64,000 bases of DNA from Phoronis australis (taxonomy: Eukaryota > Animalia > Phoronida), in NCBI GenBank assembly GCA_002633005.1, contig NMRA01000167.1, positions 364,460 to 428,459 of the forward strand, in the 5' to 3' direction. This document shows, one piece after another, positions 1 through 14,197 of the stretch (position 1 is its first letter; every line of letters starts with the position of its first letter). The translations under genes were made by a program, and so were the position numbers. Below the pieces are notes generated by a model. That model had not been told where the DNA came from, did no database searches, and saw nothing but the letters and a program-made list of their open reading frames with translations.

Positions 1-3000
1 ACAAATTATTATAAAGTCAATTTCAGGAAAGGTGCGTTATGGCTGCTACAGAGTGTCAAATGTGGCCGAAAATGGCTTCAGTGAAAACCTGAAAAATAAC
101 CGTTTTTGCCTCACAAATTCAAAACGTATAAATTTAAAAATGGATTTTGAAAGTTATGCCATTACATTATTTAGCCATTGCCCTTTCAATTCGTATTATT
201 CATTTGTTTTAACCGTTTCATACATGCTAGTAAAATGCATTCAAACATGCCTACTTCGACGCCCAATTTTGTTGCAAAATGGAGGTACAGAGAAAGAAAA
301 ATAATGAAGGAAAATTCTTAAAAAGTGAGGTTTTTCTACTTCTCAACAAATCAAACTTATGTGCTAAGTTTCAAAAAAATCGGTGATTTTTGGTATAGAC
401 TCTACCTGTTGGTTTTTATATGGAGTCACTCTTAAGTTGTGAAGTCAGGCAGACATGGACCATAAATTTGCGTGGAGAAGAAAACACGGGCAAAGAATTC
501 TAACTACTATGCTATGCTTTTTGCGACACTGACGTTATCTCAAGTTCTTCGAATCAGCTAAGGTTTCACTGTTATTTTAAAGTGCAGTGATCAACATGGA
601 AAAATAATTGTATTACTATTTTGATTCCACGGAAATAGGACAAGAAAATTACGAAATTCATTGCAGCACAATTTTTCAGTTAATATTTCATTTTTTATAT
701 TTCAGAATGAATCGTTTCCGTCGAACTCTTAATACCATTGAATGGTCCAATGTTTTAACTTGTATATTTCAAAAACTGAAAACTCTAATGAATTAATTGT
801 AAAATAAACTTAACTAATTATTTTAATAACTAGTTTAAAAACACCACAGAAATCCTTACTGTACAAACACACAAACATAGAAATATTGAGAAAACTCGTT
901 ACATTAACGTTTCAACTAACCAGTAATTTTGTAACTTTTACAGCGAATTATTAATTAAACAGACCCACAAGTGTAGTTTCCACTGGAGACTTTTCCCACC
1001 AACCTAAGCAGTACCTACATACCTATCTATAGACAGCGTCGGCTACACTTTGAACGCGTACTGTATGCGTACGTGTGAGCCACAGTAATCACAGGTTCAC
1101 CCTCGCGTGTGCGTTGCTTTCCGTTTAGGCGATTCGGCTACACCTAAAACACGAACACAAACATGCGATTAATCAGAGGTCACAGCGCCACAAAATAGTG
1201 CCGCTGCCGGAAATAGGAGGCGTTACGACACGGGTGAAAACAAGCAATATCCCAGGTATAAAATTCTTCGCTGTCGTTAGTGATTTTGTGCAAAACGGCA
1301 GAAAATATTTTCTGTATACATGTCGTAAAGCAATTATCACTTAGTACTGTTTTTTAATTAAGGTATTCTTCTTTTTGCTGTTTTGAATAAAATAATACAT
1401 GACTGAGTTTTTTGTAACATGAACCACCCATTACCAACCGATTACTGTGACTTGTCTGTGAAAATTACCAACCCGCAAAGGGCTTCAGAATAACAAAGCA
1501 AATTTTTCTAACATGCAACCAGATACGACACGTGCACTAAGCAACACAGTCTACTGGGTGGCTAGAATTTCTTTTAAATATAATTAAGTATCTTTTAAAC
1601 GATAAATTGGCAACTAAAATTCACGTTCTGAACTTAACCGATATCAGTTGTCTTCACCTAAGTGCAGGTATTATTTTTATGCGTTTCCTAGTACCTGCAT
1701 ATATCTTCGGAGATACGACGACGTCTTCCCGTTTTTGCGTAAACTGGAACAAGCACAGATTCGTATTGATAAGTTGGTTTATCATTATAAACCAAACATC
1801 TACATGTACATGTATGGCGATGAAACCTACCAGAGTATTACAGCGGGTTTGTAACTCACTGACAGGAAAGAATAGTTGTTTGGCCGAGTGTTGTGTATTG
1901 GCAATGCTACTTGTGGTTTTCCTTAGAATATGGTCACGTGTTATTTATGCCGAGGTCTCAATAATTGACCATTCGTAAGCTCCGCCCCCTTACGTAATGT
2001 CGACTAACGAACAATAAGTTTTAACCGGCAACGGGTTGTTTGTCGGGTAAAATGGCGGCTTGCAAACGAAGGTGTGTCAATAATACTGCGCTCTAAATGG
2101 TCCGTTAAGCCTCAGTCATAATCCTGGCGATAGGTCAATTCAGTTATCAGTATGATTCAACAAATCAGCTGGTAGTAGGATCTTGGAATACTGATGGCTT
2201 ATTGAGCAAGCCTAAGCCATCTTCGGGTGAAATCTAAGAAGTGAGATATTTTCGTTTAAGAATCATTCCAACAATGATCAGCACATGAGTTTGAAGGCTT
2301 GGTACCCTGGGCACACGGTGTTGGTTGATACGACCTTTCAGGGCTTGTTTGGTTTTCCCGATGTATGCTTTCCCACACCATGGTTCCGAGCATGAAATGC
2401 CATTTGATTTTTTTTCTCTGTCGTGGTCTTATCTTTCACATTCATCAGTTTCAAAGACATGGACAGTTTAGAGAATGGCATTTCTTTTTTAAGGGATGGA
2501 CAGCTGAAACTTTCTAATTTTGTTGCCTCGAGAAACAGTAAACAGTAAAAACTCTCCACTTCAGAATGACAGGTTACTAAAAATCTCAAAAGTTTCATAA
2601 AACGAGACCGATACTGTAAGTATTTCAGAAAACCGCACCAGCATTTTCATCTTGTGCATTTTGTAGTGTTTCTTTGTTGAAAAAGCCTTTTGGTAGGTAT
2701 CGCAGAACCCTTGAAAGAGAGGCGTCCTGGTTTGAATTCAAGCTTGGGGACGTTACCATGGAGATAGCGTTGGGAACCTAACCTTATTTCATTTTGCATA
2801 TGCTCATGTCCATTGATATGCGCTAACTGCGAAGCGATACCGAAGCTAGTTTACAGTGAAACAACACATGTAGATGAGATAAAAGGTCATATATATTATG
2901 ACAAACTAAACTACTACAGATATCGGTAATTACAAAAGTTATATAATATGTTGAACTGAAAAGGTGGGTGACAATCTATTCTGAAGTTAATTTTGTGATC

Positions 3001-6000
3001 AAAAAGTGGAAATTTTGTAATTTTTCTGTCTCTTCTGCGATGCTGTACAATTTTTAGCGCAAACGTTCCAAAGATATAATGCAAGCACACGTGCTACTAG
3101 GCCAACTTGCCTATTAAAGCGATGCTTCGCATCAACGCATCGCGGCATAAATTTATGTAATGGGGACGTTTTCTTTCGATAACGTGAATAATGCCCTTGC
3201 CATACGAGTGAAATACTCTCGTTTATACGAGTGCACAACTTCGCTCCTTAACAGCCAGGTGGACTCGCGCACAGGTCTTACGGTTTCATACACTTGTTTA
3301 TAGCGGGCATCAGCAGGGGCGCTGCATAAGAACAAAAAGTGAAATAACAAATCACGTGACCACATGAGTAGAAAAAAAATTGTTGTCACAATAAAAATGG
3401 AATATTAATTAAAAACATTTCACATACTTCCAAAACGCCTTTTTATAACTACAGATCCGCATATATACATTATTGAAATTGTCATGTTGTTCGCAACAGA
3501 GTCTATGTTACAACGGTTTGAATTTCGAGACTATATGGTTTCAAACAGTACAAACTACTAGTTCACCACGCTAGCAGGAATTCCTTTTGTAGGTGCAAAG
3601 ACAAGTAATACAGGATAGCTAAAGAAACGTAGCGTTTCCCTGACACCTCAGCACCCTCTACATGCGTTTTATTTGTGAAAAAAACGTCTGCCTGTCGCTG
3701 TAATTATTATTGTTTAGTATAAGCTGAAGTATAGTATATAATTCCAATGGCATTTGGGGAAATTATGTTAGTTCAAATGCATACTTCGACCTCCGGCTTT
3801 GGATCGCCCAAGCAGCGGTGCGCGAAATTTCAGTCAAACTAGTCGAGCTCGAGGGGAGTTCGTCAAATTTAGCTGAGTGAGCTCTTTGGAACTATTCAAT
3901 GTGTAAACCTACAAGATGGACTAAGAATGGCGAAAATAACATCCTCTTCTAGCCCAGACTAAAAATTTTGGGAATGCAGAAATTTAATGGCACGTCGGAG
4001 AGCAGACCTCTTGACAGCTTCTCGTCTTGTCGGTTTATACACTGTAAACAACTGAAAATTAGGTTCTATACAGAGAAGAAGGTTATTGAATTATATTCCC
4101 ATGTAGTATAAAATAAATATTCCCAAAAATTTCATAAAAGTTCTATATCTCAGTGATTGTCTTGTCGACTGACCTGGAAAACTTCCCAGGCCCTAGAAGC
4201 ACTTCTTTGAGAATTTCAGCGAAAGCATTATGGATTCTGTCTATGCAATGACTTTATGAATTCTGTCTGTGCAATGACTTATATGATCGTTTTGGCCATG
4301 CATGGGGTCACACGTTTACACTGCTTTATGTTACCAATATTTTAAAACCTCGTCAGTATTTAAAATTTCAAATTTTATTCTGAAAATTTCCGGCTTCCAT
4401 AAGACCAGCATATCGTTCATCACCAAGTGTAGGGCACGCGTTGTCTGTCTCGCGAGCAGTTCCTGTCATGTAGCCTCATTGCGTCAGACTACATGTATAA
4501 CTGGACTGATGATGGACATTAAATTGGCAGTGCTTGACATAAGAACTATCCAAAAGTATCATTGGCCATATTGATAAAGTATATGTACCATGACAGCACG
4601 TATACAAGCCACAATGCATGTACATGGCTGGACAACAAAGTGGCGCAGAAGAGCGGTCTAGAGGAAAACTAAAAGAGCAATACCAGCGACCTCTTTTTGT
4701 TTGTCAGTAGTCAAAATGGCCAGTTTTTAACGGTAATTGTTGGCTTTCGACCGCAAAAATGTTCTGTCCTCTTTCATATTAGAATTGCTGCAATGTCAAT
4801 CTATAATGAAAGCGTGAATCCGGAAGTCGTGGCCGCTCAGTTCTGTTGAATGAGAACGCTTATTTTTCACTCTTTCATACTCGGCATGATAAGGCCACTG
4901 AATCACGTTAAAATTATACCATATAAAAATCATGTGCACACATTTTAGCGTGTACTATAATATTCCAAACAAGTGCACTTCACGCGTACAGTACCTACGC
5001 TCTGGCTGCGAAACAAGGAAACTGAGTGTGCACTCGTATGAACAAATGGAACCTAGCTTGAAGCCAGGCTCATCTAAAACATTTTATACGAGTGCACTTT
5101 ACTCCTCAGAGCCAGCATCAGCAGTGAAAGAACAAATTTATGAACACGTTAATACAAGCAATGAGTCTAACATAGCTTATCGAGTACAAGTGCATTTCAC
5201 TCGTGGAATACCTGGTGATGAAGGAACGAAGCTATGCACTCGTTGGAGTTAAAGTAATCCACGTGTGCACTGCACTCCTATGACGCGTGCATTACCCATG
5301 TTTTCAAAAAACACGTTCACGTACCGTAAGTGTACACATTTTCGACACGTGTTCACAGTGGTTTTGACTTCTATATACATTCTGTGGTATTTCTTGAAAA
5401 GCGTAATCCATGCAATAAAAAGGTCTTACCCAGGAGAAATACAGTAGGCCAAAAGAATTAAATTTCATGCTCAACAAAAGACAATGGACTCACTTAACTC
5501 AAGCATGCGCCGCGAACAATCGACACCCTACAACTCAACGTTTCCGAAATCATACATTGCAAATCATTTCCCACCGAGTAATTATTTAATTAAGATAAAT
5601 TTACGATTATGTGCATCATTTAATGCAAATCTCTCAAAAATCGAAACCTCTCAACAGTTTGCCTTCCCTGCCACTTCAATTCTTGTCATTGTCCGCACTC
5701 AAAAATCAAGAATTTGTAATCGTGCATTGGCGGCGCACCATAGGGAGCGTGGGGACTATAGCCCCCCTCTTGTTTGAGTGCTGTGGCAACCATGGTCTAC
5801 GGGAGGAACACCACAGGGGGGCTGGGGACTACAGTCCCACTTTTTTTAGTGCTGCGCAACCCATCTCGTGCGATTCAGCAACCATGCCAGAGGTCCTGCG
5901 TGCGGTGTTGGATGCCATAGACGTCGAGGGAATCCAATGTAGCAGGTTAGATCGTTAAATAGCTAATCTAACGAAATTATCAAGGGTGTCGATCGTGGAT

Positions 6001-7793
6001 GTGTTGTAGATTTTGGGTACACTAGTGGTTTGCAGTGTACACGTAACTAAATGCTACTCTCATATTCAGTTGAAGGGCTGGTATGAAAGCATCGGCATCC
6101 AATGGATCGACAAATTCACCGTGGGGATAAGGAAAATGCGGTATGTGGTTTTCTATTTTTTTATAAAGAGATCAAAGACAGAACAAATGTACCAAATCGG
6201 TTTGCATAAACAATGCTAAGTTTTCGTCTCAATTTGAAGTGCCTTGGCGTCATTTTTGAAAACCAAGGCGGCCGCCCTTGTTTTGGGGGCTTAGGCTACT
6301 CGAGAGTCTACAGTTGAGCTATCAATAGTAAATTCAACACAGCAACATTGTACCATGGCTGTGCCACACACACAGCCAGGAAATTCCATCCGCAATATCT
6401 CAAACAAAAACTTGGAATACAGTGCTCTATTTGGCGACCTGCAGTTCGCTAATGTAGCTTTTAGATTTTTGTTTGACAACCCAAAAAAATCTAGGCATGT
6501 CCCGGATAATATTTAAATGATGCGCTCGTGACATGCTCGTTACCAGAGATGAAAAGGAGACCAAGACAGGCTATATGAGGTAATTTATTTGGACGAAGAA
6601 GCCCTGACCTTATTGCTCACTAAAGACACCTGGCGGATATAGTCGTCTGCTAATCATGGTCTGCCACACAGAGGAAATGTATAGGTACAACGTTCAGACC
6701 CGTAAATTGTGCGTTTATGCCTTTTAGTGTTTTTTCGGACTTTTTATTTTTCGGAGGCGGATCCGTTTGCCCACTTCACTCAATGGGGGGAGGTTTCGTT
6801 CGAGCACCCCGAGCTCCCCTGGGTGCGCGCATGTGACTAAAGACAGTGTGGACTCTAGCCAGCCAGCCAGCTGCCAGTCAGTACTCAGCTCTGTAAACTT
6901 GTAGGGTTGGTTAGTTACCGACTACAGCTGTATCAAGACTATCGTACCGCGTGTGTTGAGCTCCGTTAGATCCCGAAGTTTCACACACCCCTTGATTCCC
7001 CGGGTATTGTTAACTTACACTTGTATAACACTTATATAATCATTGGTGGCAAAATGGTATTCTCTAAGAGGTGGTTTGAGAAAGGTTTCCATACTGAGGC
7101 TGACTTGATTCATCCCTCAGGGCTACTTATCAATTATACTGAATTCTGTAAAAAGGCTGGCTTTTGTCTCCCTTTTACAGATTTTTTTCGGCATTCACCA
7201 AACCATTTTTAGACGATAGAATGCAATCTTGATTACAAACACACTGTTGTGTTGTTACCAGTATGGTTCAAAGTGTATGAAGTTGTAACTAGATCGCCAA
7301 AAGGCATTGATGACTTTCACGATTTACTTGTTAAAAATTAGTACTGTAAACCTTTAGAAGCAAAGTGAATTGAAGCTTAACCAAGACCAATGAATGTATG
7401 GATTGAGTTTCCTTAAATAGTGCTACTGGCAGGTATACCGATACAAAAATGAAGTGGTTTAATTATATAATTGTACATAACATTCTTCCAACAGGCTTGT
7501 CAGACAATTGACTGTGGGTTTGTTTAAAGGCGAAGGCAACCTTTTTCCATGTCATTTTGAGCTAAAATAAGGTTGGTTGGTTATCCTTGACATATTTACC
7601 ACTTACTTACAGCTTTTCGTAATTTTATTAATTACTCGTCCGCTACTCCGGAAGTGACGTTTTAGGAGGCAAGCATTTCGCGCCAATTTCTTTTCATGTA
7701 GTCTTGACTGTGAGAGCTGCCGAGTCAGTCATTGTTCTACCTCGGTTGTGTTATGTTCCGTCGTCGTTTGCTTTCATTTACTAGTCAGTCAGC

Positions 7794-8023
7794 ATGCCAC
7801 ACTGTTGCTGCGTACCAGGATGTACTAATTATCGGCTCACGCGCGCTTTGGGAGTACCTTTGCATCGCTTTCCGACGGATGACACACTTTGCCGTACTTG
7901 GCTCGTTCGTGTGAAGAACGCAGCGTTACCCGTCCACGCAACGTACAAAGCAGTGGAGAATTACCGTGTGTGTGGCAAGCACTTTCTGCCGTCCGATTAC
8001 GAAAGGGATTTGTACGCTGAACT
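7794..8023 (+). CDS. THAP zinc-finger N-terminus (transposon-encoded; runs into the gap)
   Basis: MPHCCCVPGCTN...LHRFP....W.....RVCGKHF..DY matches the C2CH THAP signature. Confidence 0.85.
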
Positions 8024-8664
8024 NNNNNNNNNNNNNNNNNNNNNNNNNNNNNNNNNNNNNNNNNNNNNNNNNNNNNNNNNNNNNNNNNNNNNNNNNNNNN
8101 NNNNNNNNNNNNNNNNNNNNNNNNNNNNNNNNNNNNNNNNNNNNNNNNNNNNNNNNNNNNNNNNNNNNNNNNNNNNNNNNNNNNNNNNNNNNNNNNNNNN
8201 NNNNNNNNNNNNNNNNNNNNNNNNNNNNNNNNNNNNNNNNNNNNNNNNNNNNNNNNNNNNNNNNNNNNNNNNNNNNNNNNNNNNNNNNNNNNNNNNNNNN
8301 NNNNNNNNNNNNNNNNNNNNNNNNNNNNNNNNNNNNNNNNNNNNNNNNNNNNNNNNNNNNNNNNNNNNNNNNNNNNNNNNNNNNNNNNNNNNNNNNNNNN
8401 NNNNNNNNNNNNNNNNNNNNNNNNNNNNNNNNNNNNNNNNNNNNNNNNNNNNNNNNNNNNNNNNNNNNNNNNNNNNNNNNNNNNNNNNNNNNNNNNNNNN
8501 NNNNNNNNNNNNNNNNNNNNNNNNNNNNNNNNNNNNNNNNNNNNNNNNNNNNNNNNNNNNNNNNNNNNNNNNNNNNNNNNNNNNNNNNNNNNNNNNNNNN
8601 NNNNNNNNNNNNNNNNNNNNNNNNNNNNNNNNNNNNNNNNNNNNNNNNNNNNNNNNNNNNNNNN
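8024..8664. other. Assembly gap (N run)
   Basis: Run of n characters. Confidence 1.
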
Positions 8665-11067
8665 AAGTGGCGGGAAACGCTTGCCTCCTAAAACGTCACT
8701 TCCGGAGTAGCGGACGAGTAATTTATAAAATTACGAAAAGCTGTAATTAAGTAGAAAATATGTCTAGGATAACCAACCAACCTTATTTTAGCTCAAAATG
8801 ACATGGAAAAAGGTTGCCTTCGCCTTTAAAAGGTAGCTATACTTTGAGGTTGTGCGTAGATGGAGATTGAATAATCAAATCCAGTAATTAATTTATTATA
8901 TGATAACCCCTAATTAGACAAATGAAACCTATTGTTAATTAAGTAATCAAATACAAAGAGTAACTACGCTAGTGCCCTTTTTAAGATTACTTCGTTAATC
9001 AATAAACCAAAATAATCAGATGTCTTATCTGCTATCCAAGCTAGGACTCTCCACTTGTTGAACGTCTGTCCTGTTGGTGAATCTTCGAACTACACACACA
9101 CACTGTATAGCGACAGTGTACTCGCTGGTCACCGTCTCTGGTGATGCAACATTTGCAGGCAATTTCTTCTACCCGCGATTCTTCTTGCTGGTCACAGTCT
9201 CTGGCTGATGACGCAACACTTCAGGTAGTATCTCACTACTCACAATGCAAGTGACAAGCTCTTGACCTTGCCAAGATCCTTTCTAGAATCTTCCACGAGA
9301 TGGCTCTGTCGCACAATTGCTTCTGTACACCGTAGCAAGTCTTTATGCTTCAACTACTATAGCGCATCTAATTATCTTGTAGATTTCAGCCCATAATATA
9401 ACATTCTACTTATTAAGTGATTGGCTAATAAAACCACAGGATCATATCCAATTATATTATTGGCTGTTACCATTTGTTCTCAGAATTTTCTAGAATCTCT
9501 AGAGTACTTTGACCCCAGAACCCAAAATTGTAAACACCATCTAAAATAGATTTTGACGTTAAAGTACATGTCAACAAGTCTGACCCCATGATTTAAAAGT
9601 ACATATGCACAAATTTTAGGCACCTTGAAATGGATCTATTCTTACTAATTACTTAATCAATATTTATTCTGACAAAGCTGTTTTCTCAAAAATGGTATTG
9701 TTAACTCAAATCTTTGTTCTTCTTGCAGCGAAGACCCTGAATCTATTGTACATGTGTTCTGTCAGTGTAGATATGTTAAAATTTTGTGGAACAAATCACT
9801 GTTTTGGATCAAGTAGATTTTTCACAACAATATGAATATTTCCGTAAAAAGGCTTTGTTAAGTTTTTGCAATAGAAGTTTGTTTGTATATGATATCATAT
9901 TTTGCTTAACGAAAATATTTATATATAGGGAGAACTTTAAAGAAGCTATATACAATTCTTGATAATTTACGAGTTTATATCATAGATTATTGTAAAATTG
10001 ACTACGTGATTTGTAAACAAAAGTTTGAGTTAGAGCGACATATGACTAAGTCGAAAGATCTTGCATAATTTTTATTTAGATTCTCTGTACTTATCATACT
10101 TGGTATTTATTGTTGTTAGTTGTGACTAAGAGTGCACACATGCTACGTATATTATGCTTTGTAAATACGTTTTTTTCTGCATAAATAAAAAAATAAAAAA
10201 AACCCACACTTGCATGTTCGTCACCTCGTCGTAAAACTTACATGTACATCATCATGTAGAGCTAACGGACCGGCGGGGGTGCATCAAAAATCTGTTAGTC
10301 AACCGACACTCACCTTGTTCGTAGAAGCAGTTTAAGTGGAAAAATTATTTTCTACCATAATTTGACGCCTTTTGTAATAAAAAGGAAACTTTGTAGTCCG
10401 TTTTCCAAAACATCACGCTCGTTACAGGACGGTGCACGCGCCATTTCCTAAAATTTTTTGACGTCTTTCGAGAGATGAGAACCGCTTCGCAGCAGCAAAG
10501 TTTGCGCTAAAATTCAGTTTGTTGGAATTAAGATATTAAAACCTTGTAACGAAATGGTAGAGTCAGATGGGCCTTACTGACTATAAGTGGTTAGAAGGCA
10601 GAAGATTGAGAGTGGGATCTAGGGAGCGACTGTTGACACCATTGTCTCACAGAGAGAAACTTGGAAAGTAGTCAAGTCAAGTCCAGTCTAGTGTTGTGCT
10701 GAGTCATCATCTGGAGTGAGGAAATTTCTAATACTTGGGATCTGAGGCTCCTGTTATGTGACTATCATGGGGAAGTTGCAGCTCAAAGTCGCAGCAATGT
10801 TGGTGCTGTAATTTGCTGTATTTGAGTGCTTTTCCATGTTCATTTGCAGCACCCTCCCACAACGCTGGAACTTGATTACGTCAAGAAGTTCTGGGTATGC
10901 GCCGAGTCGTAACGAGACATCTAATCTCGTTTGGCCATGTCTTCGAGGAGATCAGTGAGGTTTGCTCTTGATCCACGGCAGGTGAACAGAAGATCAGACC
11001 GCCTATACTCCTCCTGTCTTTCCTTAAACGTGAATTGACCAAAGCAATTCATGCCCAGACGTCTTAA

Positions 11068-11460
11068 AGGAGAATGCCACCCGATTTAATTAGTCTTTTT
11101 TACTGTCTTAATCGGTCTGTATCCACATCGCCTCTTATACGGTCGACCTCACTTTGCCGAGAGGTGTCCTCTTAACCTGTGATGAAGGTGAGAAGCGATG
11201 CAACGATGTCAGTGGTTTGTCTGCAGAGTGAATGCCGTTATATTGCGGTGCATCGGTTCCCGCTTGTCCGAACTATGAAGCAGCGAAGAAAGCGGGTATA
11301 TCGGTTTTTCGACTTCCTCGATAGCCTGAAATGCTTAAGAAGTTACTCGCTGTAGTGAAGAATGAAAGGTATGCTGTTAATAGCAAGTATGAGGCTGTGA
11401 TACATTTCCGTGTCTGTGGCCGGCATTTCATCGACGAATTCCGGCTTACCAAAGAACTAT
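11068..11460 (+). mobile_element. Degenerate Kolobok-like left end with THAP pseudo-ORF (ATG at 11232)
   Basis: ttaa|aggagaatgccac terminus. MPLYCGASVPACPNY...VFRLPR*PEMLKKLLAVVKN...FRVCGRHF is related to the THAP at 7794 and has an internal stop. The right end was not located. Confidence 0.65.
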
Positions 11461-14197
11461 CCATACGTTCCGTTGCCTATGCATGCTCACAGCGCCTCTC
11501 TAGTATTTCTTGATCAGTGTGTTCCGGTTCGAACTGATAGCTTGTGAAACCTTACGATCCGACCCGTGAAGTCTTCGTTGGATGAGCTCTTAACTGAATC
11601 GGAATTGGCGACGGGCGAGATGCCATGTAGACGTTTTTTATTCTGCGTTGTGTTTCAAAATGATTTATTTTCATCCTAAAAGGATCCTAACCAATGCTTA
11701 TATGAAACTGCAATAAGGTAAGACATTGCAAACTGAATCTTCTGCAAATGATTTAGTATAACGAGGAGTGTGTAGAAGCTGTCATTGTCTACTGTAATAC
11801 TCTTGAGAAGACCCGCGGGTTATTAAATTGAACGTGATAAAAATGAAGGCAAGAAATTATGAACATATATGTAGAAAAATTTGATAAATAACAATATGCA
11901 TATACAAGTCCTTTATTTTGAGTACCTGCGTAGGACTAAATGAATGACCTGTATGGGCATTAAAAATACTAGATGTGATAATACAAACTAGAAGAAAAAA
12001 TCTGATGACAGAATGTCTCACATTCTCCCTATCGACTTCATTAAAAATAAGTGGGGGCTTCTCTGTCTCTGGAAATCTTGTAGTCTCGCGATTTGAGTTA
12101 CAACATAATGCTGCTCAGAAAAATTTCAAGCAGTGCAACACAGAGGACACAGTGCGCTATTACTTAACAACCATGCGAGATAGTGGTTTTTCTTTCTTGT
12201 TATAATCTCTCTCAAAGCCAAGTATAGAAAACAAAATCAAAATCGCTAAATGGGAGACAAGAATACCTGTAAAGACATAGTCGGCCTTGTCTATCTCCGG
12301 AAGCAAGGTTTTTCCACTGCGCTGGCTGATGACGATCTTTGATCTTTTGCATTCTGTTAGCAGTGATCACGTTAAACCGCCATAATTTAAATACCCAGGG
12401 TGTAAGTGCAGAAGCAATCTTTGTCGATCTGAACCGAGATGTGCGTGTGAGGAGAAGTCGACCTTTCTCCTTTGACACCACGACTACCATCAGCTCTAAC
12501 GATGACAAAGTGACTGTCGTGAGGAGGTGGATCTGATTCCAGATATATGAACCGCCAGTATCCGAAGAAACTCGCATCCAAAGAGTTGTGCAAGTCCTGT
12601 CTCGAAATAGTCCCGAAATTATTTGACTCCAAAGACATTGGTATGTGAAGTTTTGGTCGGTGAGTGCCCTGAGCCCAACTAGCGTTTCGATCTGTGTCTT
12701 AAATTTTGTAATGAATCTCCTTCCATATGATCCTTGTTAGCATATTTGTTGAATAATTTACGTGCTTCGCGTAACTACGAGGACTAAGCGCTTGAGTTCG
12801 AAATCTAACGCCACTGTTACCAAGATTCCACGAGTCACTGGTTTCAATTCCATAGAGATTCTGAAAAGGAGCTCTTCTAAATGAAGCAGTGGATCTCCGT
12901 TTTGTTTTGTTTTTTTCAACAGACGAGCTCGTTGTGTTTCTAGTCGTTGCGCTCGTCCTTTGGAATGGACGATGTGACATGGCTGCTAAATGATACGCAC
13001 TAATGCAGTTGAACAGTAGTTTGTCCTTCAAACAGAGGGCTCTTGCTTCTGCATTTAGACGTCTGGCCTCTTCGGCGGTCTTGCTGCTTTTAAGTGCGCC
13101 TTTTACGTAACAGTCGCGGTGGCGAAGTAATTTCTGTTCTCGTTGGCAATCTGTCGTTGACAGAATAATCAAAATGTTATGTCTATAACAACAATAATGT
13201 AAAAATAATTACATTTCTGTTACAAAGATACCAAAGTCGATATTGGACTATTGACGAATGCTAAAACCGACTTTCTCTCCTAGTTCTCTGAGACAAAACA
13301 ATGCTCTGGAACCGCGTTTGAACCAAAGGAAAATTGCTTTCAAAGGTAGTTAATCGGGCAAGCATAACTTACACTTTTAGACTCTTAGACGCCAAATGTG
13401 GGAAAAGAATGCCCACCAAGAACCATAGCGTTCTATCTGTGACATATGGAGTATGAATTTTTAATTGATTCCCCCATTTAGCTTTGGAGATTGACGCCAA
13501 TGGCGCATTAGAAGGTTACAGAACGAGGATTGGTGGAAATCATCAAGACGGGGTTTAATGTCCTTTTAATAACATAACGATAAAAGTGAAAGTAATAACG
13601 ATAAGAAGATCGGTTATAACAATAAAAAAGTAGAAATAAACGTTATTATTACTCGTATAAACAATAAGAATTTTAGCAATATCTGTACAGTATGTTTTAT
13701 AAGTAGTCACACAACGCAACTTTTGAGCCAGAGGCCGTCTAAAATGATGACATTTTAATAACCTTATAAAACCTAAGGTGGCGGATTTATGTGAAATGTG
13801 AATGAGACGCAAACATAAAAGGGAACGGTATTTTATTCTGACTACATTTTTCCTAGTTTTCTATGAATTAATGATTATTTGCACAAAAAAATCACCAGCG
13901 AAAGGTAATCTTATATTCTCTTACGAGGCTTAAAAATCCCCCGTTTGGAGTACTGCTTCTTGTGACGTATTTGGTGGGCTGAAGTCACTGTTAGCGTGCA
14001 GTCAAGTGGCGTTCTTCAAATTGTCGGCATAAGAAATTTTAGTGTCAGATGTAGAGTCACCAGGGATTCCTGTTTGACTGAGCTGAAGCAACACAAAGTG
14101 GTACCCAGTCGTCGTCATTGTCAGACGAAAATTTGCCGGACGTGCAACCAGTCTGTATCAACAATTTACACTGGCGTGACTGTGGGCAGTGTGGAGT

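Larger units (their letters stand above)
7528..8825 (+). mobile_element. Kolobok-like DNA transposon with THAP ORF (internal assembly gap)
   Basis: TTAA on both sides (7524-27, 8826-29), AGG...CCT termini, ~160-bp TIRs, and a THAP zinc finger at 7794. Confidence 0.8.
7498..9674. mobile_element. Probable solo LTR, itself interrupted by a THAP element
   Basis: Termini tgtcaga...tctgaca (TG..CA, 7-bp inverted). Flanked by aggct/aagct, a 5-bp TSD with one mismatch. It splits the LINE reading frame. Confidence 0.65.
7010..10202 (+). mobile_element. 5'-truncated L1/Tx1-type LINE 3' fragment, interrupted at 7498-9674
   Basis: YNTYIIIGGKMVFSKRWFEKG..DL and DTKMKWFNYIIVHNILPT resume after the insert as LCSSCSEDPESIVHVFCQCRYVKILW (zf-RVT-like). 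A-rich tail at 10181-10202. Confidence 0.75.

Noticed and set aside
1975-2100. Promoter-like cluster (GC box, aaaatggcgg YY1-like motif) as the receptor's promoter
   Set aside because: No linked first exon or signal peptide could be found, and such motifs are common in transposon ends.
7794-8750. 318-aa and 241-aa ORFs
   Set aside because: Their length is an artefact of the N gap. Only the ~76-aa THAP part is real.
12339-12536. Hydrophobic ORF start as the missing signal-peptide exon
   Set aside because: It starts at TTG directly after in-frame stops, with no ATG and no convincing acceptor.
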